A stretch of DNA of 64,000 nt from Candidatus Woesearchaeota archaeon. Its GTDB lineage: Archaea; Nanobdellota; Nanobdellia; Woesearchaeales; GW2011-AR9. The stretch lies in contig JABHQW010000002.1 in assembly GCA_018696595.1 (NCBI GenBank), positions 38,420-102,419 on the forward strand, in the 5' to 3' direction. Under the pieces are notes generated by a model that did no database searches, was not told the DNA's origin, and worked only from the letters and a program-made list of their open reading frames with translations. The first letter of the stretch is position 1; every line of letters starts with the position of its first letter. Made by a program: the position numbers and the translations under genes. Below are positions 1-9,854 of this stretch, piece by piece.

Positions 1-1
1 A

Positions 2-811
2 TTGGATTTGTTTAATCAAAAGAATCTTTTGGGTAAGAATTTTCTGGAAGTTAATGAACAATTGAAATTTGCTCAAGAGAAGGTTAATTTCTTACATCAA
101 AACAATCATGAGGCAGAAACAGTGCTTAGTAATCGGAAAGATTTGACTGCAGTAATTGAAGAAAAGAAAGCCCTGTTTGATGGTTTTTTAGAAGAAGAGA
201 AGAAGTTGTCAGTTAAACAAGCAGAATTACAAACTAATTTGAATAATACTTTGCGTTTGGAGAAAGAACTGCAAATAAAAGTTGACGATTTGAAAGATAA
301 GAAGAATCAATTAACTCGTTTGAAAGAACTTTATCATTGGTTAGAACAGCATTTCTCTAAGTTGACTTACACGATTGAAAAACAGGTAATGTTAAACATT
401 CATCATTTGTTTGATCAATTATTTCAAGAATGGTTCTCGATGCTGATTGATGATGAAAATATTTATTCTCGGTTAGATGATTCTTTTACACCAGTGATTG
501 AACAGAACGGTTATGAGATCTCTTTTGGCAATTTATCTGGTGGTGAAAAGACTTCTGCGGCACTTGCTTATCGTTTGGCTTTGAATAAGGTGATTAACGA
601 TGTAATTCAAGAGATTAAAACTAAAGATATTATTATTTTAGATGAACCCACAGATGGCTTTTCTTCTGAACAGTTAGATAAAGTTCGAGATGTTTTAGAA
701 AGATTGAATCTTAAGCAGACAATAATTGTTTCTCACGAAACTAAGATTGAAAGTTTTGTTGAGAATGTTGTTAGAGTTTCTAAAAGTGGGCATGAAAGTA
801 AAGTTGTTTGA
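2..811 (+). CDS. rad50: Rad50/SbcC-type SMC ATPase, C-terminal part (5' end outside window)
   Basis: Coiled coil followed by ABC signature LSGGEK, Walker B IIILDEPT and H-loop IVSHE. Confidence 0.85.
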   Translation: MDLFNQKNLLGKNFLEVNEQLKFAQEKVNFLHQNNHEAETVLSNRKDLTAVIEEKKALFDGFLEEEKKLSVKQAELQTNLNNTLRLEKELQIKVDDLKDKKNQLTRLKELYHWLEQHFSKLTYTIEKQVMLNIHHLFDQLFQEWFSMLIDDENIYSRLDDSFTPVIEQNGYEISFGNLSGGEKTSAALAYRLALNKVINDVIQEIKTKDIIILDEPTDGFSSEQLDKVRDVLERLNLKQTIIVSHETKIESFVENVVRVSKSGHESKVV

Positions 812-872
812 GAAAAAGAATTAAATGTTGCAACAAGAGCTTATTATGAAGATATGACAATAGAATTATGAT

Positions 873-2432
873 TTATCTTTGTGGTGGTCGCCAATTCGCT
901 GCGTGTCTTGCAACTGCTCCTCTATGTGATCTATGTAAGTGGACAGCTGCTACATAAGGTTCTCCTCTAAAATATTTTAATGCATGCGTTAAACCATTAA
1001 ATTCGGGAGTACATCTTGGGTTGTCAATTTGTCCATATGGGTCTCCACAAATTATTATTTTTGTTCCACTATCTTGCCTTGAGGTAATTGTTTGCACCAC
1101 ATCTGGAAGATAATTTTGAACTTCGTCAAACACTAAAACCGTATTTTTCAAGGATCTTCCTCTCATAACGCCACTATGAGTTAATTCAATTGCTTCTCTA
1201 TGGGCCGGGAGGTAAGCTTTTTTTCCTTTATTTTTGAAATAAAGATTTTCTGTTCTTGTTATGCCAAAGTCCCCAGGGAATTTTGGATGTAAAAACATTT
1301 CTAAAAATGGAAAGGATTTCCCCATGGTTGTCATAGAATGTGCATCGTCATATGGTTTCAAGTGATCTTTAAGTTTAGCGTGCATTGCTCCAGGAAGAAA
1401 TCCAATGTTTTCTCCTCCAACGGCACTTAATGATTTAAGTAAAATCATTCTTTCATATAATCCTTTATTTTTCCCAGGATTAGGATAACCTCTAAGTCTC
1501 TTTTCTTCTTCTGGATAAGATGATATCTGGTCTGCTGCTGCTGCATAACTTAGAATTGTTTTTCCACTACCTGCTCCCCCAGTAATAAAAGCAAGTTGGA
1601 TGTTTGGATTTAAAAGTACATGTTGCATTGCTAAATATTGTTCAACATCTAATGCTTCAATTCCTAATACTCTTTTCATCTTAGATTTTCCAATGTTCAA
1701 TTCAAAATTGCTGGGGATGTCAAGTAATTCTAATCTCGGAGAATTAACACTAGTAACTGCATTCCCATCTCTATTCCATACTAAATCTCCTGTGACTTGT
1801 GCATAACGCCTATTTTTACCACCAATAAATTCTACAAATTGATTTTGATATAATTTTGATCCTTGTAATTCACAAGCTATTTCTAGGCTCATTGGATTAC
1901 CTCCCATTCCAAATATTTCTGCAGATAATTCATCAGAAGCTGTAGCAATCCATTCTTCTGCTATCTCTGGTCCAATAACCAAAAATAGTGGCTTTTCAAT
2001 TTTAATTCCTCTACTTTCATATTTAATCTGTAAATCGGCTTCTCCTGTTAGTAATGTTGGTCTTCCAGATTCTGATTTAAAGACTTTAGAAATTTTTTCT
2101 TCTAAGGTAGTCATTGAAAACCTACTTTTGTCACAGATGGGTTTATCTACTAAAGCAATGTCTAATCCTTCGCTTGCATGATAAAGTGCCACGCCATCTT
2201 CTGTTGGGATTCTTTCTGATCTTCTTTGAATTCTTCTGATTTTATTTACAAATTTGTCAGCATCTCCTCCACGGCCGTTTTTTGCTTGGGAATGTAAATG
2301 ATTAATAAATGGTAATGGGATCACTACTAAATTTTTATGGTCCTCTTTGGTTAATTCTTCTAATATTGTAGAACCTGCTTCTTCGTACACATCAGTAAAA
2401 GGTACAAAAACTTCATGATATCTCTCTGCCAT
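873..2432 (-). CDS. PhoH-family ATPase with degenerate N-terminal PIN-like domain (PhoH2/YlaK type)
   Basis: P-loop ITGGAGSGKT, IGFLPG, RGRSLKNTVLVFDEVQN, IIICGDPYGQID; N-terminus has PIN-like spacing (VFVPFT, VVIPLPFINHL). Confidence 0.85.
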   Translation of the reverse strand: MAERYHEVFVPFTDVYEEAGSTILEELTKEDHKNLVVIPLPFINHLHSQAKNGRGGDADKFVNKIRRIQRRSERIPTEDGVALYHASEGLDIALVDKPICDKSRFSMTTLEEKISKVFKSESGRPTLLTGEADLQIKYESRGIKIEKPLFLVIGPEIAEEWIATASDELSAEIFGMGGNPMSLEIACELQGSKLYQNQFVEFIGGKNRRYAQVTGDLVWNRDGNAVTSVNSPRLELLDIPSNFELNIGKSKMKRVLGIEALDVEQYLAMQHVLLNPNIQLAFITGGAGSGKTILSYAAAADQISSYPEEEKRLRGYPNPGKNKGLYERMILLKSLSAVGGENIGFLPGAMHAKLKDHLKPYDDAHSMTTMGKSFPFLEMFLHPKFPGDFGITRTENLYFKNKGKKAYLPAHREAIELTHSGVMRGRSLKNTVLVFDEVQNYLPDVVQTITSRQDSGTKIIICGDPYGQIDNPRCTPEFNGLTHALKYFRGEPYVAAVHLHRSHRGAVARHAANWRPPQR

Positions 2433-2437
2433 CTATC

Positions 2438-2959
2438 TCACTTTGTCAAGGCTCTTTCCAGCTGCCCATAATTCTGATTCAAAGCATCTATGGTTCTTAT
2501 CCTTGCTTTATCTTCCATCACCCAATGATATAATTGTGATCCTTGCCTTTTTAATCTGTCTGAAAAATCTTTTCTATGACCTCTAGTTAATTTTTCTACT
2601 AACTTAGATAATAAACCACTAGGTATTGTTGTATCTGGAACAACCCCCTCTTCTACTGCCTGTTGAATATAATCACTCAAAACTGGGTTAACTTGTCCCT
2701 TTAATTCACACAAGTGACTGTAGGGGTCAGAACTATTACATGCCATTATAGAATTCTCTAATTCTTCATAAGTAGACCGAAGTTCTTCTAATTCTCTCTC
2801 TCTACCTAATTGTTTTGTTTGAGGTTGAAAAGATATTAATCCTTTTACCACAGAATAAGCAACAATTTGTGACAAATCTCTTTCGTTATCTACATGTGTA
2901 GATAATTGTCTAAACAAATGGTAAAATTGCCTATTAGAACTCTTTGTGGGGTTCGTCAT
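2438..2959 (-). CDS. Hypothetical helical protein, 5 bp upstream of the PhoH gene
   Basis: 173-aa ORF, co-oriented and tightly spaced; no recognised motif. Confidence 0.6.
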   Translation of the reverse strand: MTNPTKSSNRQFYHLFRQLSTHVDNERDLSQIVAYSVVKGLISFQPQTKQLGRERELEELRSTYEELENSIMACNSSDPYSHLCELKGQVNPVLSDYIQQAVEEGVVPDTTIPSGLLSKLVEKLTRGHRKDFSDRLKRQGSQLYHWVMEDKARIRTIDALNQNYGQLERALTK

Positions 2960-3008
2960 GAATTATTAGAACAGCAATTTAAATATAAATACTTCTGTCC
3001 TCAAAACT

Positions 3009-3833
3009 TCACTTCACAACACTTTCTAAGGCTTTAATACCAACTTCTAACTGTTTATCACTTGGTTCTTTAGTAGTGATTCTTTGCAACCATAATCCTG
3101 GGGCAATGAAAATTTTTATCAAGAAATTATTTTTGTACTTGCCACTTAATTTAATAAATTCATAACTAATTCCCGCAATTATTGGTAATAATAAAATCCT
3201 GCCAATAAATTTGATCCATAATGGCCCTCTGATTAGGGTAAATAAAACTACAGATAAAATTAATACTACAAATAAGAATGAAGTTCCGCATCTTGGATGG
3301 AATCGTGAATACTTTTTAACATTGTGAACATTTAAATCTTCTTTAGCTTCATAACAAGCAATGCACTTGTGTTCTGCTCCATGATATCGAAATAATGTTT
3401 TTACATCTTTCATCATTGAGATTACAGTTAAATAACCTAAGAATAGGACAATTCTAATAACGCCATCAAGAACATCAAACCAAACCCCATCTGAATGGAT
3501 CCAATTTGCTGCAAAGAAAGGTAATGCTACAAAAATTAGGATTGCAAATAACATTGAAAATGTAATTGTGCCAATAATTTCTTTTTTAGTAAGTTTTTCT
3601 TCAACTTCTAATTGTTGGTTACTGCTCCAGATTAAGGCTTTAATGCCATCATAAAGAGTGTATCCTAATCCAACAATTCCTCTGATGAACGGTTTTTGAA
3701 AGAATTTTGGGAACTTGCTGCTTTCTTCTTTCTTAATTTTGATGTTGCCTTCTTTTGTTCTTACAGCTACTGCGAACTTACTTTTGTTACGCATCATAAC
3801 TCCTTCAATTACTGCTTGGCCCCCTACATCCAT
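3009..3833 (-). CDS. DUF1385 (YqhQ-like) membrane protein
   Basis: GGQAVIEGVMM, PFIRG, YHGAEHK, HPRCGTSF, PGLWLQRITTKEP motifs. Confidence 0.9.
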   Translation of the reverse strand: MDVGGQAVIEGVMMRNKSKFAVAVRTKEGNIKIKKEESSKFPKFFQKPFIRGIVGLGYTLYDGIKALIWSSNQQLEVEEKLTKKEIIGTITFSMLFAILIFVALPFFAANWIHSDGVWFDVLDGVIRIVLFLGYLTVISMMKDVKTLFRYHGAEHKCIACYEAKEDLNVHNVKKYSRFHPRCGTSFLFVVLILSVVLFTLIRGPLWIKFIGRILLLPIIAGISYEFIKLSGKYKNNFLIKIFIAPGLWLQRITTKEPSDKQLEVGIKALESVVK

Positions 3834-3887
3834 AGAATTATAAGAGTTATTAGAATATATAAATGTATTGGAGAAGAGGGGAAAATA

Positions 3888-6356
3888 CTAAAAGAAACCG
3901 CCTAACCCTTGCTGAGAACTATCAGAAGAGAATTCTTCCTCACTGATTCCTAAAACTAAGAAAATGCTATTTACAGCAGGAATTAATTGATTATTCAGAT
4001 AATAATCAGCATCATAATCTCCTTCAGAAACTTCCTCTAACAACCTGGCTCTTTCTCGAACTAATCCAGTGCCTTTGGCAATAATATATTCAACAACCAT
4101 TCCGGGAGAAACTTTAACGCCTTGCTCTAACAATCTTAATGCTACTGCAACATGCGGCCCAATAGAAATATAGTTTTGCAATTCTTTAGTAATCTGAGTT
4201 TTAATAATTAATTTCTTTTTTTTAATCTCACCATTCCTCAATTTCTCAACAACTTCTTTAACATATTCAAGGGCTTCATCTTTTTTATCATTAAGAACTA
4301 ACTCCAAAACTTTCTCTTGTAATTCTTTGGCAAGCAAGGACCAGTTTCTTCTTACCATTTCAAACCCAGTAATTTTCATTTTACCTTCATCTGATAATAA
4401 AGCATACTTTTTCTTTGCCCCTTTATCGGACCCTTTAATTGCAACAAAGATTCCTTTTGGATAATGTCCTTCATACTCTAATTCCATATGTCCCGGCAGA
4501 TCAAAATTAATTTCGTTCATGAATGTCATTGCTTCATCTTTAATTTTATCTCCAAGAAGCAAGAAACAAGAATCTGTGTCTGCATAAATTACTTCAAAAC
4601 CTTTTTCTTTAGCTTTTTCAATTGTTCTTTTAATATAATCTCGAGCGTAAGCGGTTGTTGATCGAGCACATTCAATACAGTACCAGCGAGCACCAAAGAA
4701 ACCTAAATATCCGTAAAATGAATTGGCAAGAGTTTTCAATGCGTAAGATCGGGCATCTAAAATACTAGTACTTTCTCCTTTTTCTTTTGTTTTTTTAATC
4801 AATCTTTTCAAATCAACTCTTCTTAAAACTAATCTTTCTAAAACTTTAGATAAAAATGATTTTTTATTTGTACAGAACCAATATTCTTCTTGTTCAGGAA
4901 CTTTAGCTTTTTCTTTACAACAATCACAGGCTAAACTTTCTGGTCCGATATTGTGGGCAGTAATAATTGTTGGATAAAGTGAACGGAAATCAAAGATCAT
5001 TATGTCATCATATAATCCCGGAGTGGGTTCATAAACAAATGCACCTTGGAAGGTTTCTTCATTTCTTTGTTCGATCTCGCTTCTTCCTGGCTTATTGGGG
5101 GCTAAAACATTATCTTCAATTGCTCTTTTTAGAATATAATTCTCTACTAATCTGCTAAATCGCATTCTAGTTATATCAAATAGTGGTAAGCCAATAATTT
5201 TAGCAAACTCAATCATATCAAACATTAATTTTTGACATAACTGTAATGCCAAGTATGCGTCCTGCAAATTATATTCACAGAATTCTTCTAACTGTTCTGG
5301 GTTATTATCCCAGGCATTGGCAAGATCGGAAATGTCTACATCATGCTTCTGGTGATTTAATAATTCTTTAGAAACAGAGTCTAAAGAAAAACTTTCTGTT
5401 TTAAGATTTTTACCAAAAATATAACGGATGAACTTGAAAATATCTATATGTAAAATTCCATTGATTTTACTTTTTCCTTCTCTGAAGTCTGTTTTACTTC
5501 CAGCACTAAGTTCTGAATAATCTAAGCCGATATCTAATTTAACTTTGTATTTGTCTGCTCTTGTTTTAATATAAGGGAAGTCAAAACCATCTGAGAAATA
5601 TCCTGTTAATATGTCCGGTTTGTAATCAAGAATAACTTCTCGAAATCTTTTTAACAATTCAACTTCATCACTAACAACTTCAAGATAATCTAACTTATTC
5701 TCAAATCTTTTCCAAGTTAAGACTTTTTTGAACGGTTTATTATCTTCATCAATTCCATAAAAGCCGATCATCAAGATTGGATCCTTTTCTGGGTTGATTG
5801 ATTTCTGTTTAGCGTATGTTTCAATATCTATTGATAAAATTTTTAACTTCTTTACAGATTCTTTACTAAGCGGTTCAACATTTTCTGCCAAAAAGATTGG
5901 GACTCTCGTTTTCTTATCCTCAACAAAATCTCCTTCTACTTTAACTAAAGTCATTGGCGAGATCCTTTTATCTCGCAGATAGCGATGAATGTAAAAGATA
6001 TCTTTTTCATAACAATCCAGGCCCCAAGAAGAAACTTCTTTACTAATAATTGAAACTGCTTTTGGTTGGTTAACATAAATCTTCCAGAAATCACTTTTCT
6101 TGCCTAACAGTTCTTTTTCTATTGATTCCCATTTGATTACTTTTGCTGGTTCGGAATTCGTTGGAAGCTCTAATGATTTTAATCTTTTTTTCAATTGTTC
6201 TAAATGGATGTTATGGACTTTAGCGTAGAAATAAGGTAAATAATGTTGAATCACGCAAACTTTTGTATTATCTTCTAGCTTACCATACATGTAAACGTAA
6301 GGTTGGCCTTCTCTAACTTTGTACTCAAATTCTAACGGGAAGAAGTGTATTTCCAT
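3888..6356 (-). CDS. polB: Family B DNA polymerase
   Basis: ExoI SIDIETY, ExoIII YNLQDA, PolA DFRSLYPTII, PolB KTLANSFYGY, PolC YADTDS, C-terminal PIP box QQGLGGFF. Confidence 0.97.
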   Translation of the reverse strand: MEIHFFPLEFEYKVREGQPYVYMYGKLEDNTKVCVIQHYLPYFYAKVHNIHLEQLKKRLKSLELPTNSEPAKVIKWESIEKELLGKKSDFWKIYVNQPKAVSIISKEVSSWGLDCYEKDIFYIHRYLRDKRISPMTLVKVEGDFVEDKKTRVPIFLAENVEPLSKESVKKLKILSIDIETYAKQKSINPEKDPILMIGFYGIDEDNKPFKKVLTWKRFENKLDYLEVVSDEVELLKRFREVILDYKPDILTGYFSDGFDFPYIKTRADKYKVKLDIGLDYSELSAGSKTDFREGKSKINGILHIDIFKFIRYIFGKNLKTESFSLDSVSKELLNHQKHDVDISDLANAWDNNPEQLEEFCEYNLQDAYLALQLCQKLMFDMIEFAKIIGLPLFDITRMRFSRLVENYILKRAIEDNVLAPNKPGRSEIEQRNEETFQGAFVYEPTPGLYDDIMIFDFRSLYPTIITAHNIGPESLACDCCKEKAKVPEQEEYWFCTNKKSFLSKVLERLVLRRVDLKRLIKKTKEKGESTSILDARSYALKTLANSFYGYLGFFGARWYCIECARSTTAYARDYIKRTIEKAKEKGFEVIYADTDSCFLLLGDKIKDEAMTFMNEINFDLPGHMELEYEGHYPKGIFVAIKGSDKGAKKKYALLSDEGKMKITGFEMVRRNWSLLAKELQEKVLELVLNDKKDEALEYVKEVVEKLRNGEIKKKKLIIKTQITKELQNYISIGPHVAVALRLLEQGVKVSPGMVVEYIIAKGTGLVRERARLLEEVSEGDYDADYYLNNQLIPAVNSIFLVLGISEEEFSSDSSQQGLGGFF

Positions 6357-6425
6357 TATTGTTTTCAGGGGGAAGTTGATTTATAAACATTGTGAAGAAA
6401 ATGGCAATGTTTTGAATAAGGAACA

Positions 6426-6557
6426 TTTGTATACTGCGTGCCGGCGCGTGGATTTTTGGAGTAGCGCTAAAGGAGGCACATTTTACGAATCTTATGAGTA
6501 AAATCTAGGGTGCCGTGCCCTACTCCAAAAATGCGCCTATTGCAGGCAGTATACAAA
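6426..6557. ncRNA. Unassigned GC-rich structured intergenic element (nested hairpin)
   Basis: 12-bp perfect terminal stem TTTGTATACTGC/GCAGTATACAAA enclosing GGCGC/GCGCC, ATTTTTGGAGTAG/CTACTCCAAAAAT, GGCAC/GTGCC and ATTTTAC/GTAAAAT stems. Confidence 0.55.
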
Positions 6558-6619
6558 ATAGTGTTATTCTAAACAAAGACAAAGAAAAATTTAAATAAAT
6601 CAACTTCTTACCTATTGGA

Positions 6620-6802
6620 GTGGGTGGTAAAACTAAAAAGAGGATTGATACTAGAAACAATAAACGTCTAGATGTGTTTCTCTCGGATTTGCAAATTGAA
6701 CAAGAAAAGAAAGAACAGATTATTAATTATGTTGAAGATTTGACTCAGGGAGTTATTAGTAAAAGAAAACAGCCCACGTTGAGATTAAACAAACCTAAAT
6801 GA
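6620..6802 (+). CDS. Small hypothetical protein
   Basis: 60-aa GTG-start ORF in an otherwise empty intergenic space, with a TTTAAA box about 25 nt upstream. Confidence 0.4.
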   Translation: MGGKTKKRIDTRNNKRLDVFLSDLQIEQEKKEQIINYVEDLTQGVISKRKQPTLRLNKPK

Positions 6803-6829
6803 TGCAGATAGAAATTCTACTTAAGAAGT

Positions 6830-7375
6830 TCAAGGGATTCTTCTAATAGTTTTTAATAAATAATTATCTTTATCTTCTTTTGACTTTTCTTTCTTAGCAC
6901 CTTTCCCTTGTTTCTCTACTTTTTCATCAGACTTAGTTTCTTGTTCCTTATTATCTTTAAGAACATTGTCCAACTCTTTATTTAGGGTCATTAATGCAGT
7001 TTCCATCTCATCTTCCATTAATTGTTTAGGGGCCCAAGTTAAATCCAGTCCATCTTCTTCTCTTCTTGGAATGATATCAATGGAGAAATGGGGGACATTC
7101 TGATTTGCTCCTAATCCATTTTTAATTAAGATATTTGTACCTTGTGCAGCCAGCCCGTCAAAAACAGCAACGCCAACTTTATTTGCTAGATTTGCACACT
7201 TTTCTAAAATGTTATTTGGTACTAATTCTAAGATTGTGAAATGTTCTTTTGGAAATACTGTTACTTGACCAGGGCTTACAGCTAAATCTTTGATCGCAAC
7301 AACTACTTCATTGTCTTCAAAAATAATTTTTGCTTTACTGTTCCCATTAATGATATCGCAATGTTCGCATTTCAT
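6830..7375 (-). CDS. HIT-family protein with degenerate histidine triad
   Basis: CEHC, IIFEDNEVV, GQVTVFPKEH, QNVPHFSIDIIPR (canonical HxHxH reduced to HFSID). Confidence 0.85.
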   Translation of the reverse strand: MKCEHCDIINGNSKAKIIFEDNEVVVAIKDLAVSPGQVTVFPKEHFTILELVPNNILEKCANLANKVGVAVFDGLAAQGTNILIKNGLGANQNVPHFSIDIIPRREEDGLDLTWAPKQLMEDEMETALMTLNKELDNVLKDNKEQETKSDEKVEKQGKGAKKEKSKEDKDNYLLKTIRRIP

Positions 7376-7384
7376 TTTATTATT

Positions 7385-8155
7385 TTATTTGAATAAGTTA
7401 GCTATGTCATCAAGACTAGCATCCCCTTTACTTTCTGGTTCGGCTTTTACTTCAGATTCTTTTTCATCGCCTTCACTTTCTTTCCCTTCGTCAGTGTCTT
7501 CAGTTTCATCTTCACTTTCTTTCTCTTCGTCAGTGTCTTCAGTTTCATCTTCACTTTCTTTTTCTTCAGGCTCTATTTCTTTCTCTTCTTTAGTTTCATG
7601 TTCTTCTTTTTCTTCGGCCTTAACTTCAAGAACTTCTTTCTTAATTCCCATTAATTCATTGAACTTAACTTCCACCAATGAAGCAACTTTTTCAATCATC
7701 TCATTATCAATTAACCTTTCTTCAATATTAAATATTCCGTCACCATCTTTTCTGGGAATAATGTGAATCATAAAGTGTTGTGCTTTTTGTCCAGCAACTA
7801 AGCCATTAGCAATAAAAACACTAGTGCCAGAAACTTTTAGGGCTTTTAACAATAATTGTGACATCTTTTTAGCAATCGTAAACAGATGTTTGATTTCCTT
7901 TTCAGGAATTTGTGGCATAATGGCGTAATGTTCTTTTGGTATCAATAATAAGTGTCCTTTTGTAGCCGGATTAATATCAAGAATAACAATACAAGTATCA
8001 TCTTCAAAGATTTTTTTACTGGGGATCTTTCCTGAAATTAATTGGCAGAAGATACATTGTTGTTTTTGAAATTCCATTAACTCTTCAGGAGACATCTTCT
8101 TTAGTTTTTCTTCTAACTCTTTACGTTGCTCTTCCGTCAAGTCTTGTGGATTCAT
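7385..8155 (-). CDS. HIT-family protein with acidic C-terminal tail
   Basis: CIFC, KIFEDD, DINPATKGHLLLIPKEH, GQKAQHFMIHIIPR; E/D-rich tail. Confidence 0.9.
   Translation of the reverse strand: MNPQDLTEEQRKELEEKLKKMSPEELMEFQKQQCIFCQLISGKIPSKKIFEDDTCIVILDINPATKGHLLLIPKEHYAIMPQIPEKEIKHLFTIAKKMSQLLLKALKVSGTSVFIANGLVAGQKAQHFMIHIIPRKDGDGIFNIEERLIDNEMIEKVASLVEVKFNELMGIKKEVLEVKAEEKEEHETKEEKEIEPEEKESEDETEDTDEEKESEDETEDTDEGKESEGDEKESEVKAEPESKGDASLDDIANLFK
7471..7561. repeat. 39-bp in-frame tandem repeat (about 2.3 copies) encoding EKESEDETEDTDE
   Basis: CTTCACTTTCTTTC(C/T)CTTCGTCAGTGTCTTCAGTTTCAT at 7471 and 7510, partial copy at 7549. Confidence 0.9.
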
Positions 8156-8296
8156 ATTATTAGGATTTGTTCAAGTGTTTATAAAATTAATCTCAAGGGA
8201 GACATCACTCCAGAGTGATAAAATACAAAAACTTTATAAATCACCCTTCATTTTTAAGCTTAAGTTTAAATAATATAATATTTGTGGTGATTAATA

Positions 8297-9121
8297 ATGG
8301 GAAATAATGATAATAACGATGATGGAAATAAAAGGTATAAATTAAATTTACTTCGTTCATATTTTAGTGGCTTACTATTGACCTCTGAAATTCTTGTAAG
8401 AGATCCAGTAACAGATTCTAGTCGTGAACAGTGTACATCTGTCAGAGGTGATCATGATCCCGTAGATTTACTTAATTTTAGAATTGATGATCTTGGATTT
8501 GATCCTTATCTTAAAGTTAAAAATAAGGAAAGTTATTTGGCGGGCATTCCTGTAATTAAAGAACCAGACTTTGGTGCACATGATCCTTTTGGCAAGGTGG
8601 ATGATCCTTGTGGATTAGCTTTACAAAATTTCTCTTTTTATTCTGGGATTAAAACAGAAACAAATCCATCAGAATTCGGGATTGATTCAAATGGTGAAAT
8701 CGTTCTAGATGATGAGTTAACTCCTCAAGAACTGCGAATGCTAAGAAAAGCTTTAGCAAGAGATCATATCACGGGAGATTGTTATAATCCAGTTGATGGC
8801 CCAGATAATGATTGTAATGGACCAGTAACAGGGGAAGAATCTCCTGTTCCAGGAATTATTTTTGATTTTGATGGTCCTTGTTACGGTCATCCCTGTACTG
8901 ATGAAGTTTCTGAATATATTGTTCATCCTGTTGATGGCCTAGATAATTCTAAAATTAATCCTGTTAAGGAATCATTTTCTCCAGATGTTGATCTTGATTC
9001 AAAGGTTATTAAGCTTTCACGATTTAAGATGCCATCTATTGAAGAAATTTCTGTTGAGAAATTGGATCAATTTTATGATAAGTTGATGAATCCTAACTTT
9101 GATCCTGATGATGAAGAATAG
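8297..9121 (+). CDS. Hypothetical acidic, Pro/Asp-rich protein
   Basis: 274-aa ORF with GTGGTGA RBS; no family motif recognised. Confidence 0.55.
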   Translation: MGNNDNNDDGNKRYKLNLLRSYFSGLLLTSEILVRDPVTDSSREQCTSVRGDHDPVDLLNFRIDDLGFDPYLKVKNKESYLAGIPVIKEPDFGAHDPFGKVDDPCGLALQNFSFYSGIKTETNPSEFGIDSNGEIVLDDELTPQELRMLRKALARDHITGDCYNPVDGPDNDCNGPVTGEESPVPGIIFDFDGPCYGHPCTDEVSEYIVHPVDGLDNSKINPVKESFSPDVDLDSKVIKLSRFKMPSIEEISVEKLDQFYDKLMNPNFDPDDEE

Positions 9122-9196
9122 TTTTCTTTCTTCTTTATTTTTTAATTAATTATATTTAGTTTTAATTAGATCATAAGAAAAAATAAAAATAAAAAA

Positions 9197-9760
9197 TTAT
9201 ACTTTGGAAAAACTTTCTAACTTAGTTTCAAAGCCTGCAATACCTTTTAGGATGGCTTCAGTTGAGCTTAACCATTTTATTAAATCTGCAATGCCTTCTT
9301 GAGCATCTGCAAATAGTTTGGTTAATCCTGCATGGATCTTTTCTTTTCTTTCATCATCCTTAAACTTTTCCAATAATTGTTCATGGGTTTCTATTTTATG
9401 TAGATCGTCTCTTAACTCTCCTGTGAACATGGAAGCTGCTTCTAACAATTTTCCTTCTGCAATCTCTAATTGTTTCAATAACTTCTCTTCTTCTGCCTTC
9501 AGTTCATTAGGAAGAATTTCGCCCAAGCTTTCTAAATCATCAAAGATTTTATGTTCGGTACGGTCAACTTTTCTTTGACCTCGACCAATCCAACGTAGAA
9601 TCTTAAATCCTTTTCTAATATCCTTATGCGCATCTTGTGGTTCTTCTTTCTCAATTTTCTCTAAATCTAAGTGTAGCCTCTTAGCAAAACCATACTCTGC
9701 AGCGACTAAACCTATTGCTTCTTCAATATGTTTTTTTAACTTTTGTAAATCATCAGACAT
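9197..9760 (-). CDS. Hypothetical coiled-coil protein
   Basis: 187-aa charged helical ORF with GAGGTGA RBS. Confidence 0.7.
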   Translation of the reverse strand: MSDDLQKLKKHIEEAIGLVAAEYGFAKRLHLDLEKIEKEEPQDAHKDIRKGFKILRWIGRGQRKVDRTEHKIFDDLESLGEILPNELKAEEEKLLKQLEIAEGKLLEAASMFTGELRDDLHKIETHEQLLEKFKDDERKEKIHAGLTKLFADAQEGIADLIKWLSSTEAILKGIAGFETKLESFSKV

Positions 9761-9854
9761 AATTATTCACCTCATTTAATATTATGATTTTGTTGTTTGA
9801 TTATATAAAAGTTGTGGGTTTTTTGACTGATGATGCAAATAGCAATTCTATTTA

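Noticed and set aside
6426-6557. HDV-like/theta or hammerhead ribozyme; H/ACA RNA; flanking BHB
   Set aside because: The - strand GCC-TCCTTTAG-CGC-TACTCC lacks a full P3, the G1-U wobble and the P1.1 GG; CTTATGA breaks the hammerhead CUGAUGA core; the ACA is sequestered in the stem; the flanking bulges are 4 nt rather than 3
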